Below are positions 22,737 to 33,071 of a stretch of DNA of 64,000 nucleotides, one piece after another. The notes beneath the pieces were generated by a model. It ran no database searches. It was not told where the DNA came from and saw only the letters and a program-made list of their open reading frames with translations. The stretch spans positions 45,177-109,176 of the forward strand of contig UQDC01000006.1 of NCBI GenBank assembly GCA_900539755.1, written 5' to 3'. Made by a program: the position numbers and the translations under genes. Each line of letters starts with the position of its first letter. Within the stretch, counting starts at the first letter, position 1. This DNA comes from an uncultured Alistipes sp. (GTDB taxonomy: Bacteria > Bacteroidota > Bacteroidia > Bacteroidales > Rikenellaceae).

Positions 22737-23260
22737 TTGTAGTTCTGTCGCACAACCCTTTCCAGGGGGCATATAAGCATTATGGCAAATGAAATCATCT
22801 CTGAGCCGTAATGCTCTTTTTTTTATCAGGAGATTATCGTAAATGAAAAATAACTATATTTGTCTGAAATGCAGTGCGTTGATAGGATGGAGTACAGGGG
22901 CGCCCGTATCAAATGAGGGTCAGGTGAACCCATAAGGGTACTCTGAAGCTGAACTTGCTTCCGAACTCTGTGGCCATGAAAAAGCCACAGAGGGTATCTG
23001 GGCACTGTTGGCTGATGAGGTTTCGTGGAGGTCTCAGGGGCAGAGAACGGTGACAAGAACATGGATATGTCTGGCGCCATGTCGCTGAAAAGTGGACAGT
23101 CCGATTGCAAAAGCCGGATGGATGAGCGGATCTCCAATATCTCCAACAGGATGTATTCGGGAGCTTGTGTGAGAGACTTCCCGTTGTATGTCTAAACTGC
23201 CGGAAGAGAGTTTGCAGAAAGAAAATAGATAGAAAGAAGAGATAAATAGTTTGTTGTAAG

Positions 23261-24535
23261 ATGAGAGGTAAAAACGGATTCGTCGCTTTATGCAGAGTGA
23301 TCTTGGCGCTGGTGTTTATTTTTTCCGGATTCGTCAAGGCTGTCGATCCGTGGGGTACGGCCATTAAACTGAGTGAGTATTTTCACGCTTTCGGACTGGG
23401 GGCACTACAGAGTATGGCCATGTTCTTTTCAATCCTGTTGTCTTCGGTGGAGATGTTATTGGGATTCTGTACCCTGTTCCGTCTGGGCTTTGCAAAACGT
23501 CGAACGCCAACCTTCATGTTGATTGTGATGGCGTTTTTTACACTCCTTACGCTGATCTTGGCAATATGGAATCCCGTTTCGGATTGTGGCTGCTTCGGTG
23601 ACGCCGTGAAGCTGACCAATTGGCAAACCTTCTTTAAGAATTGGATTCTGCTGGGGCTGGCTGTCGTGATGTGGATCGGAAACAGACCGCAACAACCCCG
23701 ATGGAGCGCTCTGGAATATACCTCCGGTAACGAACATCATGGGCATGGCCTTGAATGGAGCCTCGGATTCATGTTCCTTTTGTTTTCGGTAGGGGTGGGA
23801 CTGTACAGTTTGCGCCACCTGCCAGTAATCGACTTCCTGCCGTTTCAGGCTGGAACCGATCTGACAGCCCGTAGCGATACCTCAAAAGTCAATCTGATCA
23901 CCACATTGATCTATAAGGATAAAACTACCGGTGAAAATCATGAATTCACCCTCAGTGATACCACGTGGTATGATACTACCCGTTGGGAGTTTGTGGATAC
24001 CCGGTTCACCGAACACAAAAATCCCAATGCCGGTGAAATCCATCCCCTGTTGGCGGAGTTTTCAATTTTCGATGCTAACGGTGACCATACGGATCAATTG
24101 TTAGCCACTCCATCCGAGTGGCTGATGGTTACGGTGACGTATCCTGAACAGCTCTCTGAAACTTGCCGGATGAGGCTCGCCTTGCTTACCCAGTATGCAC
24201 AGGATCGGAATATTCCGATTATCGGTGTGACCTCGGCTCCTTTGACCGATTCGACGTTGAAAGTGGGGATTTTGCGCATCCCGTTGTATAATATGGATGG
24301 AACCACCCTGAAATCGTTGATCCGGACTCATCAAGGTGTGATCGCCCTTAAAGATGGAGTGATCCTGGCGAAATGGGATTGCCGGGATATACCTGATTTT
24401 ACACGCAGCAGCTCCATCCTCTCTTATGTAACGGCACAGACTGCGCGTACTCATGCCGTGTGGTTCATCGGCGTGTGTGCAGCAGTACTGGTATTGCTAT
24501 ATATAGGATATTTTGTTTATCGGCGTTGTGAATGA
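23261..24535 (+). CDS. DoxX/MauE-family membrane protein with a C-terminal extracytoplasmic domain
   Basis: N-terminal about 140 aa with 4 TM helices and a CGCFG motif (MauE/DoxX-like), followed by a roughly 250-aa soluble domain and a terminal TM helix. Confidence 0.55.
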   Translation: MRGKNGFVALCRVILALVFIFSGFVKAVDPWGTAIKLSEYFHAFGLGALQSMAMFFSILLSSVEMLLGFCTLFRLGFAKRRTPTFMLIVMAFFTLLTLILAIWNPVSDCGCFGDAVKLTNWQTFFKNWILLGLAVVMWIGNRPQQPRWSALEYTSGNEHHGHGLEWSLGFMFLLFSVGVGLYSLRHLPVIDFLPFQAGTDLTARSDTSKVNLITTLIYKDKTTGENHEFTLSDTTWYDTTRWEFVDTRFTEHKNPNAGEIHPLLAEFSIFDANGDHTDQLLATPSEWLMVTVTYPEQLSETCRMRLALLTQYAQDRNIPIIGVTSAPLTDSTLKVGILRIPLYNMDGTTLKSLIRTHQGVIALKDGVILAKWDCRDIPDFTRSSSILSYVTAQTARTHAVWFIGVCAAVLVLLYIGYFVYRRCE

Positions 24536-24663
24536 TGTTCTTTAATTATGCTTGGGAGATGCCCTCTAAGAGCAGGAACATTCCAATAACGCAATTCCCA
24601 TAAATAATAAAAGTGCCGCAAACAGTTGTTGCGGCACTTTTGTTTATGGAGGATACTGGTTGG

Positions 24664-25869
24664 TTAGTCTTTGCGGACCGTCAATCGAGGTGCTCGGGTA
24701 AATGGTTTTTCACGATCGAACAGGTAACGGTAGGTGGTGTGCATTTTGTGTTTTTTTGCACAGACCATGGTCTCGACCACACGCATCATGATGGGATTGA
24801 AATCGCCAATCCAGGCCAATTCAAGACTCTTGTAATGGTTAACGGTCCCTTGTGCAACAACCTGCTCAAAGGTGTAAATCATGCCGGATTCAATCCCTTT
24901 GCCTTGAAATTCGGGAACTACTCCAAAAATTAAGGCAAAAATTCGTGTCGCTTTGCGGCGAACTTTCATGCGCCAGACAAACCGTAATTTACCCCACCAG
25001 TTGAAATTTCCGTGCAGAGGTGCAATGACATTATTCAGATCCGGAATCATCAGATAGAATCCGATCGGCTGATCATCGTAATAGGCAAAATACATCAACT
25101 TCTCGTCGATAATCGGACGTAACGAATTGAGCAAAGCCAATGCATGTTCCCGTTCGATCGGTTTGACCCCGACAAACTTGGCCCATGCCTTATTGTACAC
25201 GGTGCGGAAGTCTTCGGCATACTCTTCCAGACTGCGTTTGCGTTTGTCCATGTGCTCAAAACGGTAACGAGGCTCCTCCTGAAGCCGTTTGACACGTCCG
25301 TAAACGTTTTCTGAGAATTGCCCTGCTTTCAGTTCACGCAGATAGGTGTGCTGGTTGAAATAGTTTTGGAAACCATAATTCTCGAATAACTTAATATAAT
25401 ATTCGAAATTGTATGGATTGGCATATAACGGAGTAAATTCAAACCCTTTGACCAGCAGCCCCCACCATTGGTCCCGGTCGCCGAAATTGATCGGGCCATC
25501 CATCGCTTCCATCCCTTTGGAGGAGAGCCACTCTTTGGCTGCGTCAAATAACAAGTTGGCCACCTCCTGGCTGTCGATCGACTCAAAGAAGCCACAACCT
25601 CCTGTGGGTTGTCCGTCTGAAGCGGCCGCTAATTCGTGGTTGTAAAATGCAGCAATGCGACCCACGGTGTTCCCTTGCTCGTCAAGAGCCAACCAACGTA
25701 TCGCTTCGCCATTATCCAACAACTTGTTGTATTTGGGGTCGAAGCGACGTTCAATATCCTGATCTAATGGGCATATCCAATTCGGCTCATTGCGGTATAA
25801 TCGCTTGGCGAAGTTGAGAAATTCTCGGGCATCGTGCCGGGTTGTTACCTCTTTCAGTGTGTATGTCAT
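24664..25869 (-). CDS. uncharacterised ~400-aa GNAT/FemAB-like acyltransferase-fold protein
   Basis: 401-aa ORF with no signal peptide and a tandem GNAT-like architecture. The function cannot be assigned from sequence. Confidence 0.4.
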   Translation of the reverse strand: MTYTLKEVTTRHDAREFLNFAKRLYRNEPNWICPLDQDIERRFDPKYNKLLDNGEAIRWLALDEQGNTVGRIAAFYNHELAAASDGQPTGGCGFFESIDSQEVANLLFDAAKEWLSSKGMEAMDGPINFGDRDQWWGLLVKGFEFTPLYANPYNFEYYIKLFENYGFQNYFNQHTYLRELKAGQFSENVYGRVKRLQEEPRYRFEHMDKRKRSLEEYAEDFRTVYNKAWAKFVGVKPIEREHALALLNSLRPIIDEKLMYFAYYDDQPIGFYLMIPDLNNVIAPLHGNFNWWGKLRFVWRMKVRRKATRIFALIFGVVPEFQGKGIESGMIYTFEQVVAQGTVNHYKSLELAWIGDFNPIMMRVVETMVCAKKHKMHTTYRYLFDREKPFTRAPRLTVRKD

Positions 25870-26487
25870 GATGAATGAATCGTTTGACGATTATCAAATT
25901 TTGACAAAAATACGAATTATTTGGTGTTTTATGCCTTAGATCGGTGGTTTTGGTGCGGTTGCGGGTAGCAATATTTTATGGATAGTGGTGAAATTAACCG
26001 TTGGCTACTACCGATGCCAAACTGTGTAATGTCAATGGTTTGTGGTGGAATGCAGGGAGTAATTGGGTGTAACGGTAAATCTTTGCAGCGGTGCTCTGAA
26101 TAAGGGAACCGGCAGGGACAAATTTAGGTCATTGGGTTGGGGTAGAGGATGAAACGGATGAATTGGTGAGTAGTGTTGCAGATGGAGTGTAGTCAGGTGT
26201 GAAAGCATTGACCTTATTGATTTAGGTCAAATTTTTCCGCTGAGAGATACTTTAATGCGGATAGATGTGAATCGGTCCAGGATATGGTAATGGCCAATGA
26301 ATATTGTATCGAGTGTGGTCATATTTCAAACTGCAAATCAAACTGCCAACGAAATAGTGCACACCGGAAGGGAAAACGAAAGCAGAATTTCTCGTGTTTT
26401 TTGCGATTACGGGTATATTCAGATTCCAAAGGCAGTAATGGCGGTTGGGACGGTTTGCGTATGTTTGATCATTAAGCCCTCTTTTGC

Positions 26488-26585
26488 CAGGCATTTTCTC
26501 TTCTCGTTTTCCTTTCACTTTTTCACTCTTTTCTTTTCACTCTTTCTCCCAGTCTCCCTTTCTGTCTTAGTCGCTCCCGTCCAAA
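26488..26585. repeat. polypyrimidine (CT) tract with TTTCACT reiterations
   Basis: Sequence reads ctcttctcgttttcctttcactttttcactcttttcttttcactctttctcccagtctccctttctgtc. Confidence 0.7.
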
Positions 26586-26635
26586 AAACGGGAAAACAAA
26601 AGAGCGACACCTAAATGGGTATCGCTCTTCGTGGT
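26584..26635 (-). terminator. rho-independent terminator of the GH78-like gene
   Basis: The minus-strand hairpin agagcgatacc...ggtgtcgctct is followed by ttttgttttcccgtttttt. Confidence 0.65.
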
Positions 26636-26648
26636 TGGTTTTCTGCAA

Positions 26649-28778
26649 TTATAATTGAACCTCCAGAGGTGTGGTCGCTGTGTAGCTCTTACCACGGAAT
26701 TTGCCAGTGGCTCCCTCAGGAACGGTTACACGCAACAGGTTGTTTTCCATCGAAACATTAATGTCGCCGTATTGGGTCGGGATGGTGGCTTTCAATGGCT
26801 GCATCGACAGAGGAACCTGTGGATCGATCTCAAATACTTTCCACCCGTCACTGATCGGACGAATGCCCAATAACTCAGACGGAATCAATGCTGCGGGTCC
26901 ACTACTCCAGGCATGGCAGAGACTCTTGCCGAAGGGACGACGATAGAAACTGTACTGTTGTACCTCGTCCTCCCGTACATCGTAGCCTTCCCAGAAACTG
27001 GTCGCTCCCTGGGCAATCATTCCTCCCCAGTAATCCTTCATCTCATGCAACATCCGTTCCGGAGCACGCATGCGGGAGAGAGCCATGTATTCGAAACCAG
27101 CCATATAGGGCGTGCCGACTGCTGTGATCGTTGTGTCTGCTAACGCCTCGAGGATGCCGGGATATTGAGACGGTGCTGCAAGACCTGAAATGACCGCCAG
27201 GAAGTTGGCATGACGGTTGGGTTGGCTCTGACCATCGGGTTTGCCACGCCATGCCTTCCGAACCGGGTCATAGCCACGCTCGTAAAGCACTTTTTTCAGA
27301 CTGTCGGCCTTCTTTTGCCAATAGGCGGCAGTTTGCGGATCGTTCATCCGTTCGGCCAAAGATACGGCACTCTCTTGTGCCCACCACCACAATACCTGAA
27401 GTGCATTCTCCTTTTCGATATTGGTCCAATCGATAAACAGCCAGTCGAGACCCTCGGTAAATAATCCGTTCTCATCGCAGCGGCTTTCAACCTCTTTGAG
27501 TACATTCTTGATGCGAGGCCATTCACGTTGCAAGTGCTCCATGTCCCCGAAATAGAGTTGGTAGCGATCTTGCGAAATGACCCACCACAACGAATAGTCG
27601 GCAATGCCGTTCACATCCTCTTCTGCAATACCGGCCCGGCCCAAAATAGCCAGTGTGCGGCGGACAATCTCAGGATCCCGGAATGTATAGGCGTTGACCA
27701 TCATACTCATGGCCAGGTCTCCGGCCCAAGGCAGACGATCTCGTTTTACACCGTCAAGCAAAAATTCGTGCATACACAGACGCAGTGTATAGGCACTCTT
27801 GAACCAAATGTCGGTCAGCAGGGTGTCGTTGGATTGGAAATCTCCACGATAGCAAGCCGGATAAGCATAAGCATCGCACTCAACTGACTGAATCAACTCT
27901 TTTTGCGGAAGGTAGGCATACCGGAAAGCTACCGGGGTAACCGAACGCCAAACACCCTCTCCAACCTGTTCCAAATCGAAACTCTGTTCTCTGGGGCGTG
28001 CTGCTGTATCTACAGCCTCAAGAATTGACTCGCCTGCGAAAAAGTCGGGTTGACTGTTGGCTTTTACCACAATGAAGCCGAACAGTTGACGACCGAAATC
28101 ATACAGAGTGTCATTTTGTGTGCTGACGGGTTTCAGTCGTACGGTTGGTGTGTCGTAACGGTGGGGAAGGGTACCGTCCTTATATTGGGGATAATGGCAC
28201 GCAGCAGCCCACGTAATGCTGTCCGAAGAGGCTTCCCACCGTGTATTGTCGGTTGAGATAACCCCTTTGTCGATGCGCAGCGTCGGAGGCTCCTGCTCGG
28301 TCGTCAGGGTGATCAACAGGGATCCTGGTCCGGTTACTTTGAATTTATGAGGCTTCTCGCTATTTGCTGCGGTGTAGATGGTCTGTCCGTTGTTTTTGAT
28401 TACTACATCACCGAAAGCGTTGAGTGTAATGAATTGCGGATAACGTGCATCTACCGGCATGGGAACTCGGAAATGTGTCCGATTGCTGGGTGTGTAATAT
28501 ACACCCGGATAGCGGACTCGCAAACGGGCATCCTTAACCAGTTGACGCATCAGCTGCAATCTCCAGGCCTCCAGCTCGGTGTCGGCGTAGAGCCATGGAG
28601 CACCCTGCACGGTGTCAGGTGTCGGAGTGACAGCAGTTCGTGAATAGAGTGGATCAACGGCAGATGCCGGATGTTTGTCTGAGCGTTTGTCGTTGTTGGC
28701 GGCCTGAACGGAAGAGAGGGAGAGGGTCCCCAGTACCATAGCTGTTGCCCATGTGGCCAATCGGGTTCGGGTTGTCAT
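26649..28778 (-). CDS. alpha-L-rhamnosidase-like (GH78-family) glycoside hydrolase, secreted
   Basis: 709 aa with a signal peptide. The C-terminal part resembles the GH78 six-hairpin (alpha/alpha)6 catalytic domain (GDLAMS...WW...FWEGY). Confidence 0.55.
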   Translation of the reverse strand: MTTRTRLATWATAMVLGTLSLSSVQAANNDKRSDKHPASAVDPLYSRTAVTPTPDTVQGAPWLYADTELEAWRLQLMRQLVKDARLRVRYPGVYYTPSNRTHFRVPMPVDARYPQFITLNAFGDVVIKNNGQTIYTAANSEKPHKFKVTGPGSLLITLTTEQEPPTLRIDKGVISTDNTRWEASSDSITWAAACHYPQYKDGTLPHRYDTPTVRLKPVSTQNDTLYDFGRQLFGFIVVKANSQPDFFAGESILEAVDTAARPREQSFDLEQVGEGVWRSVTPVAFRYAYLPQKELIQSVECDAYAYPACYRGDFQSNDTLLTDIWFKSAYTLRLCMHEFLLDGVKRDRLPWAGDLAMSMMVNAYTFRDPEIVRRTLAILGRAGIAEEDVNGIADYSLWWVISQDRYQLYFGDMEHLQREWPRIKNVLKEVESRCDENGLFTEGLDWLFIDWTNIEKENALQVLWWWAQESAVSLAERMNDPQTAAYWQKKADSLKKVLYERGYDPVRKAWRGKPDGQSQPNRHANFLAVISGLAAPSQYPGILEALADTTITAVGTPYMAGFEYMALSRMRAPERMLHEMKDYWGGMIAQGATSFWEGYDVREDEVQQYSFYRRPFGKSLCHAWSSGPAALIPSELLGIRPISDGWKVFEIDPQVPLSMQPLKATIPTQYGDINVSMENNLLRVTVPEGATGKFRGKSYTATTPLEVQL

Positions 28779-29550
28779 GTCAAATCGCTTTAGGATTCAG
28801 TTGAAAAGATCTTAAAATATTACTGGCTTTCATGCGGTGTAATCCACATCCATGGATTATCCCATAAAACCCCAACAAATTTACATTTTTTCCTTCGTAA
28901 ACCAAATGTTTTCGGGATCTGTGATGCCATGCGTCGTACGCTTCTGTGGAATATAGGGCAGGGTGAACGGCGTGGGATCGTAAAGAGTGGTCAGAAGTAC
29001 GGGTGGGGCACAAGAACGGAGGTAAATAGAAAAAGGAATTGGAATTGTGTTGGGTATTGGGCTGGGAATCAGAAAAGAGTAGTGCCCTCCAAAAAATGCA
29101 CAAAAGCGATGTTGATAAACGAAGCGTTCTTTGGCTGAAATGCAGTTGTGAAAAAGCCAATCGCTGGCCGACTGTAAAATAGTTTGTTATAGGTGTTCTG
29201 CTTGCAAGTAGCAATCGGTCGTCTTCCAAAAATACATTTCTCGAAAATACATTGGGTGTGATCAGAGTAAAAGCCCTGATGGGTGAAAATTCTGACCGAT
29301 ATTATGGCAGTAGTCTCTTCATCTCAATATTTCAAGATGAGGGAAATGAAAATTGAATCAAGAGTTTCGGTTATGGCTTTCCCGATGTTGTCTGCAATAT
29401 GGAATCTTGTTGGAGGCAAGCAGGATTCAAGCGCAAAGAGTATATGTTTTCGTACGTTCTGCTGAAAAAGATCGCAGTCAAGGCCGTCAACAGAAGGTGA
29501 TATTCAAATTATCCGGATGGGGAAGAGAAACTCCTCCCCGGACAGTCCGA

Positions 29551-31617
29551 TTAGTCGTTGGTGTCGGCTTTACGACTGCTCTTTTTCCAGTTCGGGGTGA
29601 TACTGATGAAAAAGCCATAGTTGCGGCCCGGCATGGGGCGTGAAAGAACCGATACATACTTCTCATTGAACAGATTGTAGATCGAAAACTTCAAGGACAA
29701 CTCTCCAACCCTCTCCGATACGAAGGTCTTCTCTAACGAAACGTCATTCATGTAGTATGGGGTCAGTACGCCCAATTTGCCGCCATCATTGCTCGATGTG
29801 GTATAGCGCTCGCTGTAGTGGTTGTATTTGTAGATCAGTGTAAACCGTTTCCAGGTTAAGCGCCCGGTGATCGAAGAGGAGTATTCGGGAATGTACACAA
29901 GTTGTTTGCCGACCGATTGGTCTGCCCAACTTTTCGGCTCATCCTGGTTGATGGAACGGGTTTTGGACCAGTTGCCATCCAGTCGGATGCCCCATTCCCG
30001 ACCCAAATCGACACTAACCCGACCTCGCAACTCAAACCCGTAGCTGTGAACCTGTTTGACATTGCTCGGAGTCCAATAACCTTTGGCGGTGGGCAGCCAG
30101 AGAATCCAATCCTTGATTTTCGAATTGTAAACCGTAGCCTCACCCCGTACGGAAAAACGACCGATGTCCCATCCCGCTTCAATACCTCCGTCATACGTGA
30201 AACCCCGTTCACAATTCAACGAATCATTACCTCCCGGCAGAAAATAGAGGTCATTCAGCGAAGGGTAACGGAAGTTACGGGCGATAGATCCCTTTACTAC
30301 CAGCCCGGCCTTTGGCCACAGGATGTATTCGGCAAAAAATGCAGGGATGATCGGTGTGAATTTGCGGCCATAACTCTCTTCCCGCAGATCGAGAGCCAGA
30401 CTGAGTCTCGGTACGGGACGGTATTTGGCCGTCGCAAAAATCGACGCCTCAACACGTTGTTTGTCGTATCCGGTTTTATCGTATTTGTCGTAACTGTTGA
30501 CTGCGTTGAGGTTGACATTGGCGTTGGCCCTGAATATCCACTTGTCGGAAAGGTACCAGTCGGCAGAAAATTGCGCATACCCGGTATGAACCCGACTCAA
30601 AGAGTGGATCATCTCAACCAACTCATCGGTGCCGTTCTCGCCTTTGTAGGTGTACAGCATATTCGAATAGCTATACCCCGCTTTGGCCGACAGACTCCAT
30701 TGTTCACTGTAACGATCCCAACTTCCTACCAGTCGAATGGTGGTTTCATCCTGTTCATTTTTCGATTCGTCCTCCTCCCGGTAGTTGACATTGAGCATCG
30801 GGACCCCTCGTTTCGAGTCCAGGAACCACCCGGTAAACCCAAAACGGTTGTTGTTTTGTCCCTTCCAATAAAACTCTTGTAACAGATGCAGATCTCGGTA
30901 CGAACCGTTTTTGTTGTGCTCGATCGGATAGCTGCCGTCGTCGTTGCGTTTGTTGAAGTTGACGTAGGGAAAGTCGTTTTTGGCGTTGGCGTAGTAAAAA
31001 CGGGTCGATGATTGGAACTTCTCATTGCCATACTGCACCCGCAGGAATTCATCGTAGGTGCTGAAACTGCTGATTCCCTGGATGAAATTGAGCTTTACAC
31101 CATCCAATCCCGGTGTATATTTCGTGTCGAGAGCAACGGCTCCACCGAGTCCTCCTCCCACAACTCCGACCGAACTTGCCCCATGATACAAGCTTCCTTT
31201 GTCAATGAAAAAGGAGGGGATCATCGAAAAGTCAACCATGCCGAGGGTCGGAGAGTTCAACTTCATGCCGTTCCAAAGAACCTGGGTGTGGGAAGGGGCC
31301 GTGCCTCGAAACGAAGCTGTGGCCAGGGAGCCTCGCCCGTATGATTTGATAAAGATCGGCGTATTTTGAGCCAATACGTCGGCAATGCTGTTGACCACTG
31401 TCTCCCGCAGGGTGAGGGTGTCAAGTGTGGTCATGGTTGTCCCGACATTCGACAGGGGACGACGTGCGGTGACGGGAACCTCCTGCAACTCCACGAGGCG
31501 TTCATACTGCTCTTGACTGGAGGTCTCTTTCTTTTTGTCCCCTTGTTCCTGGCCCCAGAGCGGTAATGCACTCGATAGGATTGAAAGAGTAATAAATGAT
31601 CGTATGATGTGTCTCAT
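29551..31617 (-). CDS. btuB: TonB-dependent outer-membrane receptor, BtuB-like (cobalamin/corrinoid uptake)
   Basis: Signal peptide, plug domain (TLRETV...SFRG...VLWNGMKLNSP), a 22-strand barrel of BtuB-class size (688 aa) and a C-terminal aromatic residue. It lies downstream of the B12 riboswitch and the BtuG-like gene. Confidence 0.7.
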   Translation of the reverse strand: MRHIIRSFITLSILSSALPLWGQEQGDKKKETSSQEQYERLVELQEVPVTARRPLSNVGTTMTTLDTLTLRETVVNSIADVLAQNTPIFIKSYGRGSLATASFRGTAPSHTQVLWNGMKLNSPTLGMVDFSMIPSFFIDKGSLYHGASSVGVVGGGLGGAVALDTKYTPGLDGVKLNFIQGISSFSTYDEFLRVQYGNEKFQSSTRFYYANAKNDFPYVNFNKRNDDGSYPIEHNKNGSYRDLHLLQEFYWKGQNNNRFGFTGWFLDSKRGVPMLNVNYREEDESKNEQDETTIRLVGSWDRYSEQWSLSAKAGYSYSNMLYTYKGENGTDELVEMIHSLSRVHTGYAQFSADWYLSDKWIFRANANVNLNAVNSYDKYDKTGYDKQRVEASIFATAKYRPVPRLSLALDLREESYGRKFTPIIPAFFAEYILWPKAGLVVKGSIARNFRYPSLNDLYFLPGGNDSLNCERGFTYDGGIEAGWDIGRFSVRGEATVYNSKIKDWILWLPTAKGYWTPSNVKQVHSYGFELRGRVSVDLGREWGIRLDGNWSKTRSINQDEPKSWADQSVGKQLVYIPEYSSSITGRLTWKRFTLIYKYNHYSERYTTSSNDGGKLGVLTPYYMNDVSLEKTFVSERVGELSLKFSIYNLFNEKYVSVLSRPMPGRNYGFFISITPNWKKSSRKADTND

Positions 31618-31830
31618 GATGGAGTTGGAGATTTGCGGATTGTGAATGATCGTGATGGATGGCAGGTGTTATCTTGGTTTTGTGTCGCAGCATTTTGGAA
31701 AGTGCCGGGCGGTATCTGATGATAGTTGATTCATCATAAACCGTTTTGATCGAATCTGTTTAGTGTATTATGTCGATGTAGCCGGAAGAAATGCTGAAGT
31801 GATGTAGTGGTGTCCCGTTGAAGAAAATCG

Positions 31831-31867
31831 TGTTGTGTTGTGTTGTGTTGTGTTGTGTTGTGTTGTG
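31831..31867. repeat. pentanucleotide microsatellite (TGTTG)7 in the btuG-like/btuB-like intergenic region
   Basis: Perfect run tgttgtgttgtgttgtgttgtgttgtgttgtgttgtg. Confidence 0.9.
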
Positions 31868-31928
31868 CGAAAGACTGTTTTGGGGAATCGCCTCTTAGAC
31901 TATTGTTTGACCTTTTGTCCTGTGGTGA

Positions 31929-33071
31929 CTACTCCACAAAACAGAAGGAGCCGGGCGTAATACCTACCCGTATCGTGTCCAGTGGAGCAGCCTGCGGAGA
32001 GAGCCTATAAACCACCCCATACTGAACGTAGTCGATCGCATCGGCCACGTAAACTTCAGAGGTTTTGGGATCTATCGCCAGTCCATAATAGAGCGTGCCG
32101 GTATATTTCAAGAAAGGCTTTTGGGGCAGTTGCTCATCTGTTACCTTCATGCACCAAACATCTTTATTAAGAAAGTAGAGAGAGTCCCGACTGCCGTTGA
32201 GGCAGATTTCCGAAGGGGCATCCTCCATCGGGAAAGTGAGCTGCAATTCAATGTTGCGACTCTCGGCATCGATGCGGCTGAGGGTGGGCTGTTCTTGTCC
32301 GTAAGGGCTGCCTTCGTAACCGCCATCGGTCAGTACCCACAACTTGTTGTTGCAGTCTAACGCTATGGAATTGGGTTGAATGCCTACGGTGATCGAATCG
32401 ACCACTTTGTCCTGATCGGAGTCGATGACCAAAAGCTTGTCATCGTATGACCAACAGTTCGTAAAAATCAGATTTTTGTATTGAACCATCTGCTCGGTTG
32501 GATGTTGACGGTCGATGCCGTTCGAGACGTCGATCCGGCCTGTGATTTGGCAGGTCGAGGGATCAACGATTGTGATGGCACGGGCATAGAGATCGGTAAC
32601 GTAGGCCTTCGTGTCGCTCAAAATATGCATGTAACGTGGAGAGGTGAGGCCTCGAATGGTGCCGGTTATTTTGGCCGTGTGACGATCGATGGCGAAAATA
32701 ACGCCGGAATTGTTGACAACTATATAAACGGTATTGCCGTATGAGGTGACCGATTGTGCAACATCTCCCAATGGAATTCCGTTGGCACTGAGGAAGATGT
32801 CGTTGTCTCCGTCCTGGTCGGTAATCAACTGGCTGTTGGTGATGTCGTAGTAGCACAGTGAGGCATTCCCGTAGGTGAAATTGCCTTCGTTGGAGATAAA
32901 CAATCCCCGGCCGGGCAACGTCATATCGATCGGCTCGATCGGGCCGTACTCCATACATCCCACAGCGCATAATGCCGTGATTAACACCAGCACGGTGTGT
33001 GGAAAACGGTGGCGAAGCCCCAAAAGATGGCAGAACCAATATGTGAAAACGGATGAAAAAGAGCGGATCAT
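31929..33071 (-). CDS. btuG: BtuG-like surface lipoprotein with a YVTN-type beta-propeller
   Basis: Translation from the ATG at 33071 gives MIRSFSSVFTYWFCHLLGLRHRFPHTVLVLITALCAVGCMEYGP, a lipoprotein signal. YVTN-like blades follow (AYVTDLYARAITIVD, LWVLTDGG, EVYVADAIDYV). The six-frame ORF track extends to 33350 and runs into the riboswitch. Confidence 0.6.
   Translation of the reverse strand: MIRSFSSVFTYWFCHLLGLRHRFPHTVLVLITALCAVGCMEYGPIEPIDMTLPGRGLFISNEGNFTYGNASLCYYDITNSQLITDQDGDNDIFLSANGIPLGDVAQSVTSYGNTVYIVVNNSGVIFAIDRHTAKITGTIRGLTSPRYMHILSDTKAYVTDLYARAITIVDPSTCQITGRIDVSNGIDRQHPTEQMVQYKNLIFTNCWSYDDKLLVIDSDQDKVVDSITVGIQPNSIALDCNNKLWVLTDGGYEGSPYGQEQPTLSRIDAESRNIELQLTFPMEDAPSEICLNGSRDSLYFLNKDVWCMKVTDEQLPQKPFLKYTGTLYYGLAIDPKTSEVYVADAIDYVQYGVVYRLSPQAAPLDTIRVGITPGSFCFVE

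Noticed and set aside
22860-23180. RNase P RNA, tmRNA or SRP RNA in the tmk to doxX spacer
   Set aside because: No P4 GGAAAGUCCGG element, no tmRNA tag ORF or tRNA-like ends, and the SRP-like stretch lacks the GNRA-capped domain IV. It is kept only as an unclassified candidate structured region.
26070-26140. B12-riboswitch-like words on the + strand (ggtgctctgaataagggaaccgg)
   Set aside because: It lacks the B12 box and GGGAAGGC elements, and no + strand gene follows because the next gene is on the minus strand. It is a chance match to the AAnAGGGAA word.
28780-29465. ORFs 28780-29229 (-), 28929-29138 (+) and 29283-29465 (+) in the rhamnosidase to TonB spacer
   Set aside because: There is no recognisable domain, signal or conservation cue. 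The spacer more likely holds the promoter of the GH78 gene and the 3' end of the receptor gene.
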